Part shown: piece after piece, positions 1 to 12,494 of the stretch
How the letters are laid out: each line of letters opens with the position of its first letter
How positions within the stretch are numbered: the stretch's first letter is position 1
From: Epiperipatus broadwayi
Taxonomy: Eukaryota > Animalia > Onychophora
Direction: 5' to 3'
Length of the DNA stretch: 64,000 nt
Assembly: GCA_028023455.1 (NCBI GenBank)
Contig: JAQFVV010000003.1
Span: forward strand, 21,328,001-21,392,000
Translations under genes and position numbers: made by a program
The notes under the pieces: generated by a model
Databases searched by the model: none
Told to the model about the DNA's origin: nothing
Seen by the model: the letters and a program-made list of their open reading frames with translations, nothing else

Positions 1-614
1 TCTACTTACACAAAAAAGTACAGTATTGATTGATATGTATTAAAAAGATGTGACCAAGGATCATGACATATCATAATAACATGATGGCATTTCACAATAA
101 CAATTTGATAACTGAAACACACAGGCTTATTATTTACCTGTGTTCATATTTTATACCTTATTATATACCTGTGTGCTTATATACCCTATATAATAACAAT
201 TTGCCATTTGAAAATAGTAAGCATATGATAAATAAATTCTAAGCATTGCCATATGTGGAAGTAATGATTTTCACAATATAATATGCCACATCAGCCAGCC
301 TGCCAGTCTTGCATCAATTGCAATAAATAGAATGGTAAAATCTAAAACAGCTATTTTATCAAAACATGTTTACGGCATTCTATTGCTTATTTTTATGACT
401 CTTCTCACAATATTTGTATTTCTAATAATTAGTCTTAAACTTATTAAATAATTTAGCAACAAATAAAAAGAGGTTTCTTGATTCCAAAACGTTTATCAAG
501 AATAATTATTTTTTGTTCTCACCAATCAGTATTTATTGCTTTTGGGCTAATTACATTCAAACTTATTATAATAAAAAAAATTAAGACTTCTAACAAAGCT
601 ATAACTAATGCATA

Positions 615-720
615 TTTGTATCCATTTCCTCTGAACTTTAGCTTCTCTTCTCCACATCACCCCTGAACACTTTCTTATTTTATCCATCCATCTCATATGT
701 GGTCTTTTTCTGGGTCTTTT
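615..720 (-). mobile_element. RTE-clade LINE 3' end fragment
   Basis: Minus strand reads KRPRKRPHMRWMDKIRKCSGVMWRREAK, the RTE C-terminal GRP..RW motif. Same sequence recurs at 17600-17690 and 26650-26740. Confidence 0.7.
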
Positions 721-1384
721 ATATATATAATATGTATTTATCTATATATATACCTATTAAATACATATACTTATGTATTATGAATAAACTTATTCTGTAA
801 GATGCATCTACAGATTGATGAATACTTACATTGAAAAAAAGCAAAAAATTATTTACATTCATATTTGGCAGGTATAATATACTAAAAGAAAAAATTAATT
901 ATTGACAAGTATTATATTTATGAAATATGTGCTAAAAATCAGAGTAAAAGATTAATATTTATTTTTAGGAGCGGTAATACTTCTATTTATTCAACTTTAA
1001 ATCTGTCAATTAAAACCCTGTATAATATTCATAGATTATTCAAGCCTACAATTTAGAGTAAATTAATGCTCTAAAAAGCATATATTGTATGTAAGCAAAG
1101 AATAAAAGTTGATCTCAACATTCACAAAATACTTTATTAAAACAAGATTAGAAACAAATGCAAAGTTTTATTAAAATATCATCTATTGTAATTTAACATT
1201 GTTTGCCATGACAAGAAATGAATATGTATATGTAGTAAATTCCAATGAAAGTAGATGAGTATAGAAATTAATACAAAATAACAGTAGCATCTGATCATTT
1301 GTGGTGATATTTTGGTTATTCTTGTCATGATGAGTGACATATAATAGTTAAAAATAAAACAATATTAAGTATTCCACAGTTATT

Positions 1385-1599
1385 AAACAGGCAAAACTCT
1401 CCATACAGTAATGCCATCCTGTCTCAATTAGAATAATCAATGGATGCCAGAAGGTTTGTGCATAAAATCCCCATCTAATGCCTACTCATCCATTGATTAC
1501 TCTGGTTAGCACAGGGTGGCACTACTGTATGGAGAGTTTTGCCTGTTTAATAACAGTTATGTGTTTGCATAAAAGATGGTAATCATGTGACATTTAATG
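1385..1599. mobile_element. Fold-back non-coding repeat family (aaacaggcaaaactctccatacagta arms), copy with 16-bp TSD
   Basis: Long inverted arms. Flanked by direct repeat gtattccacagttatt at 1369-1384 and 1600-1615. Confidence 0.85.
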
Positions 1600-4150
1600 G
1601 TATTCCACAGTTATTTCTAAAAAATTTCTACAAAGAAACAGTGAAGGAAATGTCATTATTCATTAATCAGTTTTCAATTGGTGATATTTTTTGAATATTT
1701 TTGCTTTTTGTTTTAGCTTTTAATTAATAATAGCCAGATATGCATTTACAGATCTATAATTTTATTGGGTAATTGTATTATCTATGGTCTGCTTATATAA
1801 AAAAAAATTCTAAGCTTGTTTGAAAATTTTTAATTATCTGAAAAAATTTCCAAGATCACTTGAATTAGAACTCAGATCATAACATGTTAGGCAGCTGTGT
1901 ACTAATCTATCTAATAGGTCAACTATATATATACATGGATAATATAATGTATGCATAATAGGGACTACCCTGCATCGTTTAGTACAATGGTGAATGTTAG
2001 ATTAGTGAGTTAAAAGTCTACAATTATAGTGTTCAAAAATTGTATGATTCCCTGAATGATAAAACATTTACTTTTATGGTGAAAACAAGATTTTCTGATC
2101 TGTTTTAATATATACTTTGTATACATATATTTAAGCATTATATATATATATATAAAAAACATTTAAAAATACGTAATCTGCTCAAACGTACGCGGGATTA
2201 ACTAAGCATTAAAATAGACAAAATGACAGCACTTGATTATCATTAATAGTAGTTTATACTTGCCAGTCACATAATCTGTTTTAGCATTTCAAATTTAGAA
2301 TTCCATAACTTGCAAATAATAACTGTTTATCCTTCATTTAATTAGAAAAAAATAATACTGTTATTCATACTCAGGCTTCATGTAAGATGCGTTTTTATAA
2401 ATAATTTTTTTTAATCTTTTATTTTTAAACTCTTCTAATATTTTTTAGAATTTTCAAGAATTTTTATGACTCATAAAAATAAAATTAAGAGTTTGTTTTT
2501 AGCTATAATAATATCTGTAATCATTTTGTTAACGTGCATTGCTGAATAAACATTATATTATTTAGTCAACGCTAGTTAATTAGTAATAAATAGCCTTAAA
2601 CTCTTCTCCTCCTTTCCAACACTAGATGCACCCTTGCTTCGATGCTAAAATAGAGCGCTAAGAAATTAACCATTTCTTGTTTAAATATTACATTGTGTAG
2701 GTGGGTAATTATAACACATAGGTAGACTAATAAATCAACATAAATGACATTGCGTTTATAGCTTGTTTTTATAATCATACTATAACTTGACATAGTAGAT
2801 TTATAGGAATAGCTTGAGTTTACTTCTTTATTATTCTTTCGCTAAATATACTTGATGTGAGATAGTATGTTTTACATATACATGTATAAGCATATGTTTA
2901 TGCAATAATATTTAACAGATATTATCCACACATGTACCATCATCATGAATTATTTATTCAGGGCCACTGTGTGGGTAAGGGTGCAAGCTAAATTCCAGAA
3001 GCTCTAATCCCATAAATAGATCTAGTCTACGAGTAATGCATTGGCATGAGGCCTCATATTTATCAAAGCTCCAAATATGGATGATCTATATCTTTTGCGA
3101 AATTAAAAAAAATAAACATTTTATCACATTCTAACTAAAACTACATTTTCCTACCCCCCCCCTACTTTTTGGTCAGACTCTAATTTGAAGGCCCTACAAT
3201 GAATATTATATCAAAAGCAATGCACTTGTAGAATCACTGATTACGCAGTAATGCAGATTTTTCAGTTATGCATAATGTCTATATCTAAATATTTTGCACT
3301 ACTCTGATCATGTTAATGTAGAAATCAACATCAGTCAAGAATGGTTCTCCTCATTAGCATTTTTATCTATTGAATCAGATTTCACACACAAAAAATTAAA
3401 TTAGGATCGTGTTATTAACTGGTTCAGAGTAAAACATTGAAGAAAAAAATATATATCTTTTTGCATTACATGTATTTCATTTTGTTTTCCAAATATTGAT
3501 TCAAGTCATATTTCTAATTAATAATAAATAAGTAATTATTTTACATTATAAGTATCAATTTGTGCAATTTTAGGATATCTGTGTTTGCAAGATAGATTTT
3601 TTTTAAAATATCTATGTTCTTTTTATCATGTGGAAAAATCCCCCCCCCCCACATGAAAACATTGCACTGGTCACACTTTTTCTAAGGCTGGTTTGCCCAT
3701 AAAATAAAATTAATAAATTAAAACAAAATGAAATATATATATAATTTTGTTTAATAAAAGACACAAAAACAGTAGAATATTAAAAAATTATAATTATTTA
3801 TATTTATTTACATATTAAATCTCCTGACTTTAATAGTCACAATGTTAATTAGTTAGTTTTAAATGTCTCATATTGCTTACTTTGTTTCATTTGGAATTTC
3901 TAATGCATAATTTGTTATGTTTACTATTAACAAAGTTAGTTTCTCAAATATTCGTTCAATAGTAGAATATTTATACTACTTTATGATTTAATTTTTTTTA
4001 TGCTTGCTATTTCAGTCTAATAAATTAATCACACTATACAATCCAGTATCTAGGAGTTATGGATTTACATAATTTTTACTCAAGGGAAAAAACTTTCATT
4101 GTTATATTTGTAAAATATTAAAGATTTTAAGACTTCTCATTCGATAATTT

Positions 4151-4335
4151 AATATACAAAATTAACAAAGCGTATGACACACTTGAATGAGAAGCTATAA
4201 AGATACAGTACCGCTATGAATATGAGTCAAAAGGCCTCGAAAGCGCTTAGCGTGTAATAATTTCTGTGTATCTTTATAGCTTCTCATTCAAGTGTGTCAT
4301 ATGCTTTGTTAATTTTGTATATTGTTATATTGTTT
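4151..4335 (+). mobile_element. PLE-type fold-back insertion carrying an HHR
   Basis: About 57-bp inverted arms (4151-4207 / 4267-4323) enclose the HHR. Near-TSD attcgataattt (4139-4150) / attcaataaattt (4336-4348). CpGs retained, so probably young. Confidence 0.75.
4212..4252 (+). ncRNA. Minimal type I hammerhead ribozyme, A3:U8 core variant
   Basis: cgct-AUGAAUA-u-gag(ucaaaaggc)cuc-GAAA-GCGC-UU/agcg. 4-bp stem I, G10.1:C11.1 stem II, palindromic stem III AGCGCU. Confidence 0.65.
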
Positions 4336-5929
4336 ATTCAATAAATTTGTAGAAGCCATTATCAGACCTTCCATTTTCTTTTCTGTAATGATAAATTATG
4401 ATAATAACTTTAAAAAAAAACAAATAATTGGTTTCTTCTACTAGAATAGAGTAGTTTTAAGTGATATAATTTTAAAGCATCAATAGTGAATACATTATAC
4501 AATAAGAAAAACAATTCTCATCAGCTAAGAATGATGCATTATACTCCGTCTATCACTTCTACTACTTTTACATTGTGTAAGCTCCCAAAAAAACAAACCA
4601 TTTGATTTTTGTATATCTTTTAAGTGCCAAAAGCAAAAAAAAAAATTATAACACCTCTCTCTCTCAACTCTGTAATATAGCTGTAAAACTGAAAGTAAGC
4701 GATGGACACTAGATAGCAGTGCTGCAGATTATTGTACTAAACAGTGCTTTCTATAGAATTAAGATTATTTAGTTAAAAACCCTGATTATAAATTTACACA
4801 CTGCTACCTAATATTTTTTTTACTTATTGTTAACCAGAAAATGGTTATACGGTTACAAGAGAAAAGTTTCTGATATATAATATGCATTGTTTTCTTTAAA
4901 AGCAAAAGAAGAAAAACAAGATGAAGAGTAATAAATTTATTTGAGGGGTATAATGTATATTTGATAATATATTATTATAATTTAACTGGTTTCAAGATTT
5001 TTATTGATGTTTATTATGATAAGCTATATATGGGTAGTTTAGTGATTGAAAGTTTGTGATGATAACATTTTACTTGTGATTATATATTGTTTTTTTTCTG
5101 TCACTTAGAATTAATTGTTAAATATTTTTAAAATAAAACTTTATTTAAAATTTTCAAATGCATTCATGTGTACAATCAATGTATAATACAAAATTTTGGG
5201 TTATATTTTCCCCTCTATTTAGATATTGATAACATGACCATTGACAGCAGTAGCATGAGAATTGTATCTGAAATTTTTAGATTCATAAATATTGAATTTA
5301 ATATGATACTGTAACCAATTAGACTATTCTATCAAAGATAACAGTGAGTACAAATTTAATATATTTATTTATGTGGCTTGTCTGATTTCTCATTTTTAAG
5401 GGCAAAAATTAATGCATTGTTTCTAAATACTATAAATTGTCACCCTAGGCTCACTTATGAAATTATTTGTATTATTATAAAAATCTCTTTTAAACTTTCC
5501 TTTTTTTATTTTGCTTTTCTGTCCAACATTCTTTCTTTTACCAACTGAACATTTTCTCATTAGTATATGCATAGTTTACCACATTAGTATATCTTTTTTT
5601 CCTTCTTTAATCATTACTTTTCTTTTATATGTGTTTCAATGGTTTATCTGGTTTCACTGATATATCCTTTCACAATTACAAAGTAGATATAGTTTCTGTT
5701 TTTTATCTTTTGAGTTTGGGTTTTGTAGAAGCTAGGATTTCCCATAGGATACTATGGTTTTGGATAGCTGCTTAATATTACACTAATTATAGATTTTCTA
5801 TAGTTCATTTGTAATCTCTGGTAAATATAGATATACTAGAGTGCATGTAATTGTTTTTTTCCTTTGATTTTTTTATTTTATTGTCAATTTAAGATTTTAT
5901 CAAATAAATAAATAACCATGAGAATTTAT

Positions 5930-6340
5930 TCTGTGTAAGACTTTTTCAAGTCATTCATTTCTGAAGAAATTTATTTTACTCTGTTCCAAAATATGCCATC
6001 AATATAATATCAGAATAACTTTCCAAAATTCTATAAAAGTTGAAAATGATAAAAAACAAAAAGTTCATCAATAATGTAAATGTCAAAAGATATATAATAG
6101 TGAAGTATTTGATCCATTAAAAAACATGTAGAAGAGCGTAAAGTAGTGATGAAGAGGAAAAACAGGTATATCTAATGTAGCAGGTCATGTATGTGCCAAT
6201 AAACAAATGTTTAGTTTGGGGGAAAAAAAATAAAGAAGTTGCTCGCTTGATAGTGGCAAATATCCCCATAAGTCAACCTAACAGAATAAATAATGTTTGG
6301 AAATCACTCATTAATCTTGCCTTTAAAAATGGAAATATCA
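5930..6340 (+). mobile_element. PLE 3' fragment (upstream partial tandem copy of PLE-A)
   Basis: 6250-6325 is similar to 9105-9165. A degenerate YIGE-like GIY-YIG segment lies near 6090-6145. Confidence 0.5.
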
Positions 6341-6437
6341 CAAGAATCCTCATAAATTAGTATCAAGATTGGCTATCTTAATATAAGCTGAGCATTTATT
6401 ATATATATATATAAATAAATAATACTTCTGTAAATAA

Positions 6438-6548
6438 TATAAATATAATATAAAATAACAATTCGTGTCAATTATTTTATTTATTTATAGTAAAGATACT
6501 CTGTATTAACAATTGACACGAATTGTTATTTTATATTATATATTTATA
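6438..6548. repeat. Inverted repeat, about 36-bp arms
   Basis: tataaatataatataaaataacaattcgtgtcaatt / aattgacacgaattgttattttatattatatatttata. Confidence 0.85.
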
Positions 6549-6554
6549 TATATA

Positions 6555-6745
6555 TATGGAAATGATAATCTGGACCAACTGATGAGTGCTGGTTTAGCAC
6601 AAAATATGTCTGGTGGTGATTATTTATCTTTTCAACATGTGTGTAATCAAGTGTATCAGCAGTAGGAGATATCATGGAGAGTTGAGAGTCATGTGAAAGT
6701 CTGAGTTCAAACCCCCTATATATTACATATTGAAGTGCAGGTATG
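6555..6745 (+). ncRNA. Retrozyme-like family 1 copy with HHR (G12A lesion)
   Basis: atctggaccaa-CTGATGA(6579-6585)-gtgct ggttt agcac-aaaa-tatgtc. Perfect stem II. Confidence 0.75.
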
Positions 6746-6799
6746 AAAAAGCCTGCACTGTAGAAAAAAATTATATATTATAAATTAATATATTAAATT

Positions 6800-9520
6800 T
6801 CTAGTGAGTGTTGCCTTTAAAATAATAGCATAGTTGGTTAGGGCACAACTTTAAATTTAGTATTAATGAATCTAAAGATCCCAGGTTTTTTTCCAATGCT
6901 TGTGCTGTCAGTAATCTAACCAGAAATGCCTGAGGAAGAATTAGAATAATACCATTTGAAACATTGTGTAACATACTAACATCTGTGCTATTAATAGCAG
7001 ATGAATATATTTGAAGTTTTAATAAAATTTGAATTTTTTAGAGGTATTTGCAAATAATTTTACATGATAGAAATAGTTCAATGTATAACCACATGTAAAA
7101 AGATATCATCATAAACTTTCAGAGATGCAGTAAGTATTCAGTATGTATCTAATACTACATTAAACTTAGACATTGTGAACTTTTCTTTTTATTTTTAATC
7201 TGCCCTAAAAGTTTGCAATTTTAAAACCTAGAGAACTGAGAAAATTATTCAAAGTGTAAGTGAGGTTTTGTTAAGAATAAATTCTCAAATGTTTTTTCAA
7301 ATATCAAACATTGTGTTCCAATAGCAATATAAAATTTTTGCTAAAAAAATAAACTCATAGATGAACTTTAAAAGTGTTTATTTTCAATCAATAAGAAAAT
7401 TATATTCTGAATTACATAGACAAAATGAAAGAATTCAATTCTCCACGTGCATATAAAATGTCATCCCAAATAACTAGGTACTTTTGTTACTTAAAAATCT
7501 TAGTTCTATATATCTAATAAATGCTGAAACTTCTGTTTGAAAAAAATATTAATCTTTGCCATAACGCTAGTGGTAGAAATTGAGGAAGTCAATAAATATT
7601 GGTCCTAGTGAAAACAATGAAATTATTCCAGAGAATAAAATGAATACTTAGAGATATCAACCCAAATCAATTATTACTTAGGCAAAAGGGAAATGAGACA
7701 AATCTATAAACATTCTTTCTGCTGATTAGGACACTGCAATTATTATAATGGATACTGCTGATTATAATGTCAAGTCCTTACAGCAGGCCAAATAAATGAT
7801 GACAAAAAAATCCTATATCAGCTATAAAAATAAAACTGCATAATTACTTAGAAATTTCAGGTATTTCACTGATTCAGAAAAACATAGACTAATGTCAGAA
7901 TTCAATTAAATTCTACATTTTTATGGTATATTTAAACTCCATACTAATCATGTTCCATTGAGACTTATTGTTGATTCTAAAAATTTATCGTAGCAACACT
8001 CCTTTAGCATACAATACATGGTTATGTATAAGAGATTCTAGGCACTTTGTAGAATAATTAAGAACATAAATATTGAAAGAAGTGACATATTAGTTTGATG
8101 TGGGAAAGTTATTTTCAAACATACATTGTGATGAAGCATTGCTATTGTAAAAAAAAGATTTAATGAAGATAACTTACAAATCTTAACAATCCTTTTTGTT
8201 GATAGTGCAATGGAATTTTTAATATTCTGCATAATAACAAAATACTTTCAATACAACTTAGAATTTTTCCAGCAAAATTAAGATCTAGCTATAAGTTCAC
8301 CACTGCCAACTCTGATCAGCAGTATTTATATTGAAGAAGTTGAAATCATATTTTTAAATATTATTTCGACTTGTCTTAGAGTTTGACTTCATTATGACAA
8401 AGCACTACTATAAATATTCTGAGACACATCAATAACAGATTCTCTTCAAATAAATTTACAACAGAATTAAATTTGGGATTTTCAGATGTTCTTTTGATAA
8501 GACTTCTTCATGACAAAATCAAAACTACAGGTAGAGGAAATCTGCATCATACAAAACATTATCATAGACAAACAAAGTTAGAGTTATAAGATCACTATAG
8601 AATACAGCAAAAGAAGTTTTTTCACAAACCAGTGACTTAAAAAAAAGTCTTACATAGAACAAACATTCATTAAAAATTATTAAATAGGCAACAAAAGATA
8701 TTAAAGGAAAAATCAACTATAAAACTCTAATATATTCATACACATTAGGAATAGCAAATAAATCAAAAAAAAATCTACAGTATAATATTACACAATATCT
8801 TTTCAAAGTTATATTAATATTACCCTAAAAGAAATCCTAGTTTCTACAAAACCCAAACTAGAAAAATGAAATGCAAAATCTATATCTGTCATGAAAATAT
8901 GGAAGAACATATATTAGTGAAACTAGTTGAACCATTGAAAAATATATATAAAAAACACACAAAGCAATAATTAATTAGAAAAACCAAATATTCTAATGTG
9001 GCTAATTAGGAATATATCTATGAATATATATTTAATTGAGAAAAGACAAGAATATTGCACTGAGAAAAAAAGGAAAAAAATTAAAGAAACTATTTATATG
9101 ATAATGGCAAATAGCCCCAATAAATTAACTTCGTGTGACAATTCATAATGTTTGAAAGCTACTCATTAATATTATTTGTTATAAAAAATGAGATATCATA
9201 GAATACTCAAACATAAATATATCAAGTTTATACTCGTTGTCGCCGTTGCTAGAATAGCCTGGTTGGTTAAAGTATTATCTTAAGTTCAATATTCATGAAT
9301 CTAAAGATTACAAATTCAGTTAATATGCTATTACTGTCAATGGTCAGACAAGAAACATCTAAAAGAGTGAGGAGAAAATGCCACACAAAATGTTGTATTA
9401 TACACCGCTCTGAGTACTATTATTAACACTTTAATGTATTTGAAAAGTTTAATGTTTGATTTTTTTTTAGACATTTAACAAATAAATGTATATTTTGGAA
9501 ATAGTCCAATATATAATTAT
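6800..9520 (+). mobile_element. Penelope-like element A, near full length, decayed, with direct pseudo-LTRs
   Basis: Motifs: AD*DTAIIIMDTADYNVK (7721-7774), FYGIFKLHTNHVPLRLIVDS (7919-7978), YFQYNLEFFQQN*DLAISSPLPTLISSIYIEEVE (8243-8344), YGRTYISETS (GIY-YIG, 8898-8927), IKETIY (9080-9097). Direct repeats at about 6810-7090 and 9240-9520. Confidence 0.85.
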
Positions 9521-9564
9521 ATATTTATGTGTGTTATAATCCTAGTGCTTAACGCTATACTGAA

Positions 9565-9835
9565 ATAAATATCCAAATATCAAAATATCCCATATGGTTA
9601 TGAAATTCAGCGCCGCCTTCTGTGACGTAAATATATAATATTAGAGTCCGTATTTCAAAATAGCCAGCGCAAAATATTAAATATTCAATATTTAAGATCT
9701 AATAGCGTATAGTTTCAAAGTGGTATTATTGTGATCTGGCTATTTTGAAATACGAACTCTAATATATTTATATTTCCTCAGAGGGAGGTATTGAATTTTG
9801 TACCATGTGTGATGATTTAATATTTTATATATTTG
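9565..9835. repeat. Imperfect long inverted repeat (hairpin element)
   Basis: Core ttagagtccgtatttcaaaatagccag (9641-9667) / ctggctattttgaaatacgaactctaa (9736-9762). Imperfect pairing extends outward. Confidence 0.75.
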
Positions 9836-10190
9836 TTATGTATATGAATGTAGATAGAAGTTTTATAAAGGCCGTAAAAATAGTAATATATTAAATTTAA
9901 AGTTAAACATAATTAAATTAATTTTAGTCTCGTATAAAAATAATTTGAACAATAATATATATAAATTTATATTTAAATTAAATATATTTGGGCATTAATA
10001 TACGTAATTAATATAATGTATACTAAATAATATACGCCGGGGTCTGCATCTTAATAATCATTTACACGTCTAGATGTTTTTATTCATGTGATTAAATTAT
10101 TTGAGATGAAATGAAAAGATGCTAATGTAATGGTATATCTCCATCAACGATGATTGGTTGATATATTATGACTATAGTAACTTATTAGTT

Positions 10191-10285
10191 TTTTTTTTTA
10201 TGTGTCAAAGCATCGGCCGGGAAGCGAACCCGAGACAATTGCTTGTAAGGCAGCTGTTCTGACCACTCGACCACCAACGCTTGAC
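10191..10285 (-). mobile_element. tRNA-Gly(TCC)-derived SINE / retro-tRNA, anticodon drifted to TAC
   Basis: Cloverleaf-like body 10209-10280 (GCGTTGGTGGTCGAGTGG...GGGTTCGCTTCCCGGCCGATGC) with A-tail. TSD tagta(a/c)cttattagtt at 10175-10190 and 10286-10301. Confidence 0.85.
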
Positions 10286-12494
10286 TAGTACCTTATTAGT
10301 TATTGTTATCCCACTTGCTTTACAGCAAACAACATATATGCATACACATATAAATGTAGATCTTTCTATAAGTTTTTTAAACTCATCTATTATAACATGG
10401 AGGTCATTTTCTAAGTCTTTTATCCTATCCCCTTCCCCCACATTTTTATCCATCTAATCATTGCTTCAAAAAATAGAAAAAATAACCTTCACTAAATTTG
10501 AAACTGTCAGATGAAAAGAGATGCTCATAATTATCTATTTGAAGAAAGCTATATTGCAATTCTTCAATAAAAAATTATCGAATAAAACTTCTTTCAACTA
10601 CCATTTTATCTTCAGATGGCTTTAAAAGCTTTCATTTTTAATTTATAACTTGGTAATGCGTTCAAGTACTTACTTCATTTTTAAAAATTTGCAATTACTC
10701 TTTTAATTTAAAAATTAAAATTTTATTACGTTTTACATTTATAAAATACACTATACATTTAGTAATATAAATTGCCAATTACTCATATATTTAATATATT
10801 TGCTTAAATAGATTTATTATGTTAATCGAATTTTATTCCGAAATCATCTGACTTACCATCTGTTTAATTTATTATTTTGGGGGATAATAAAAGTTTTATA
10901 TTTTAACTTTATTTAATACTTCATTTCTTTTTTATTACATGTTTTTAATGTATAATTTTTTGTTGAAAAATACTAGAAGGAAGCTTTAAAATAAAGATAG
11001 CTGGGGGTTTATTTAACACTTCATAAATTTTTCATTTGTGGGTGAAAAAGAATGCGCCAAGAAAAGAGAAGAATATAATTATATTCTATTTTATTACATT
11101 ACCTACAAAGCTTTTTGTAAGTATTTATGATATTATATTTTTAAAAGTAAAAGTTTTAACTCTTATAACTCTATAACCTTATCAAAAAATAAATATTTTA
11201 GCGATTAAAACACTTTTTTTAATTCTAAATTAGAAAGTATTGCAATTTATTGCTAACCATTGATCTTCTGATTACAGTTTTAATGATTCACAGTTTTAAA
11301 AAAGATTAAAATTTGAATTTATAAATCTCATATTATGCCCATCTTATATGAATGCCATGAAGAATGGAAACATTGTTTCGCATCTGATTTCTCTATATAT
11401 ATTTATTACCATACTGTCTTTTTTTATAACTGCATTATTCTTATTTAAACAATATATATTAAGGCTATAATCTTAAGACTATGCGCCTAAATATGATAGT
11501 TGGGAGCCTTACAAATCTTTAACACATTCGTTATTTTATTGTTTGTGAAATATGTTCCATTTTAAAATTAAATATATCATTTGCGCATGTGTTTTAGGTT
11601 TGCTGCTGTCTATGGTTTTCGTGAGTAATGTACATTGGACAATAATAATAATATTATTAAACAAAATATAAAGTCATCAACTTTTTAATTTATCTTTCTA
11701 ATACTTATCACTAACATTCACAATTAAATTAATCATTATTGTGCTATTAAATAAACTTCATTCTACTCTAGAGTCATCTATTGGAAGCTTATATAAACAT
11801 TGGCCATAATTTTGAAAAGCAATCCATTAAATGAGTAATGAAGCAGTATCACATAGAATCTTTTTTTTATATATATTATGGGGGGGGGGAGAATAGGATC
11901 CAGTGAGATTGTTTATCAAATGTTCAAAAGGAATGAATAACAGGACATCCTGGTGTACATTTTGATTTTTATAAGTCTTTGAACCTTCTACTTTTGTATA
12001 AATAAATTTTAAAAAAGTTGTAGGTTAATTTATTTGGTAGATAATTAGATCAAAGTGCAAAGTCTAAATTTTTTCCAATGATGACTTTAGCAATTCTTTG
12101 GTTGATATGCTTTATGAAAAAATAGTCAAACGGTTCTCATAAATTTAAACAAATAAAAAACCTAAAAAATTTACCAAATTTTACCTGAATCTTAATTCCA
12201 AGTCAGGATAGTAGATAAAATAGTGACAATAAATTAAATCTTTCCAGAATAGAATTAAAACTCCTTGCGAGTTTATTTTTTTATATTTTATTTATTTTAT
12301 AGCAATATGGATTTTTTTTAAAAAAAAGAAGATATTTTCAGAATCTGTGCTAACAAAATAAACTTATAGAAATATTGAAGAGCTCAAACTAAGTTTTGGA
12401 GGATATGCCTTTATCAGAAGATAGCTCTTATTATCATGGTCAGTATTATAGGTCAATACAAATAAAAGCTTAAGTATTCTAAAAAAATAATCTG

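Noticed and set aside
2596-2793. Minus-strand ORF / possible exon in a CpG-containing patch
   Set aside because: No homology recognised in any frame and no partner exons.
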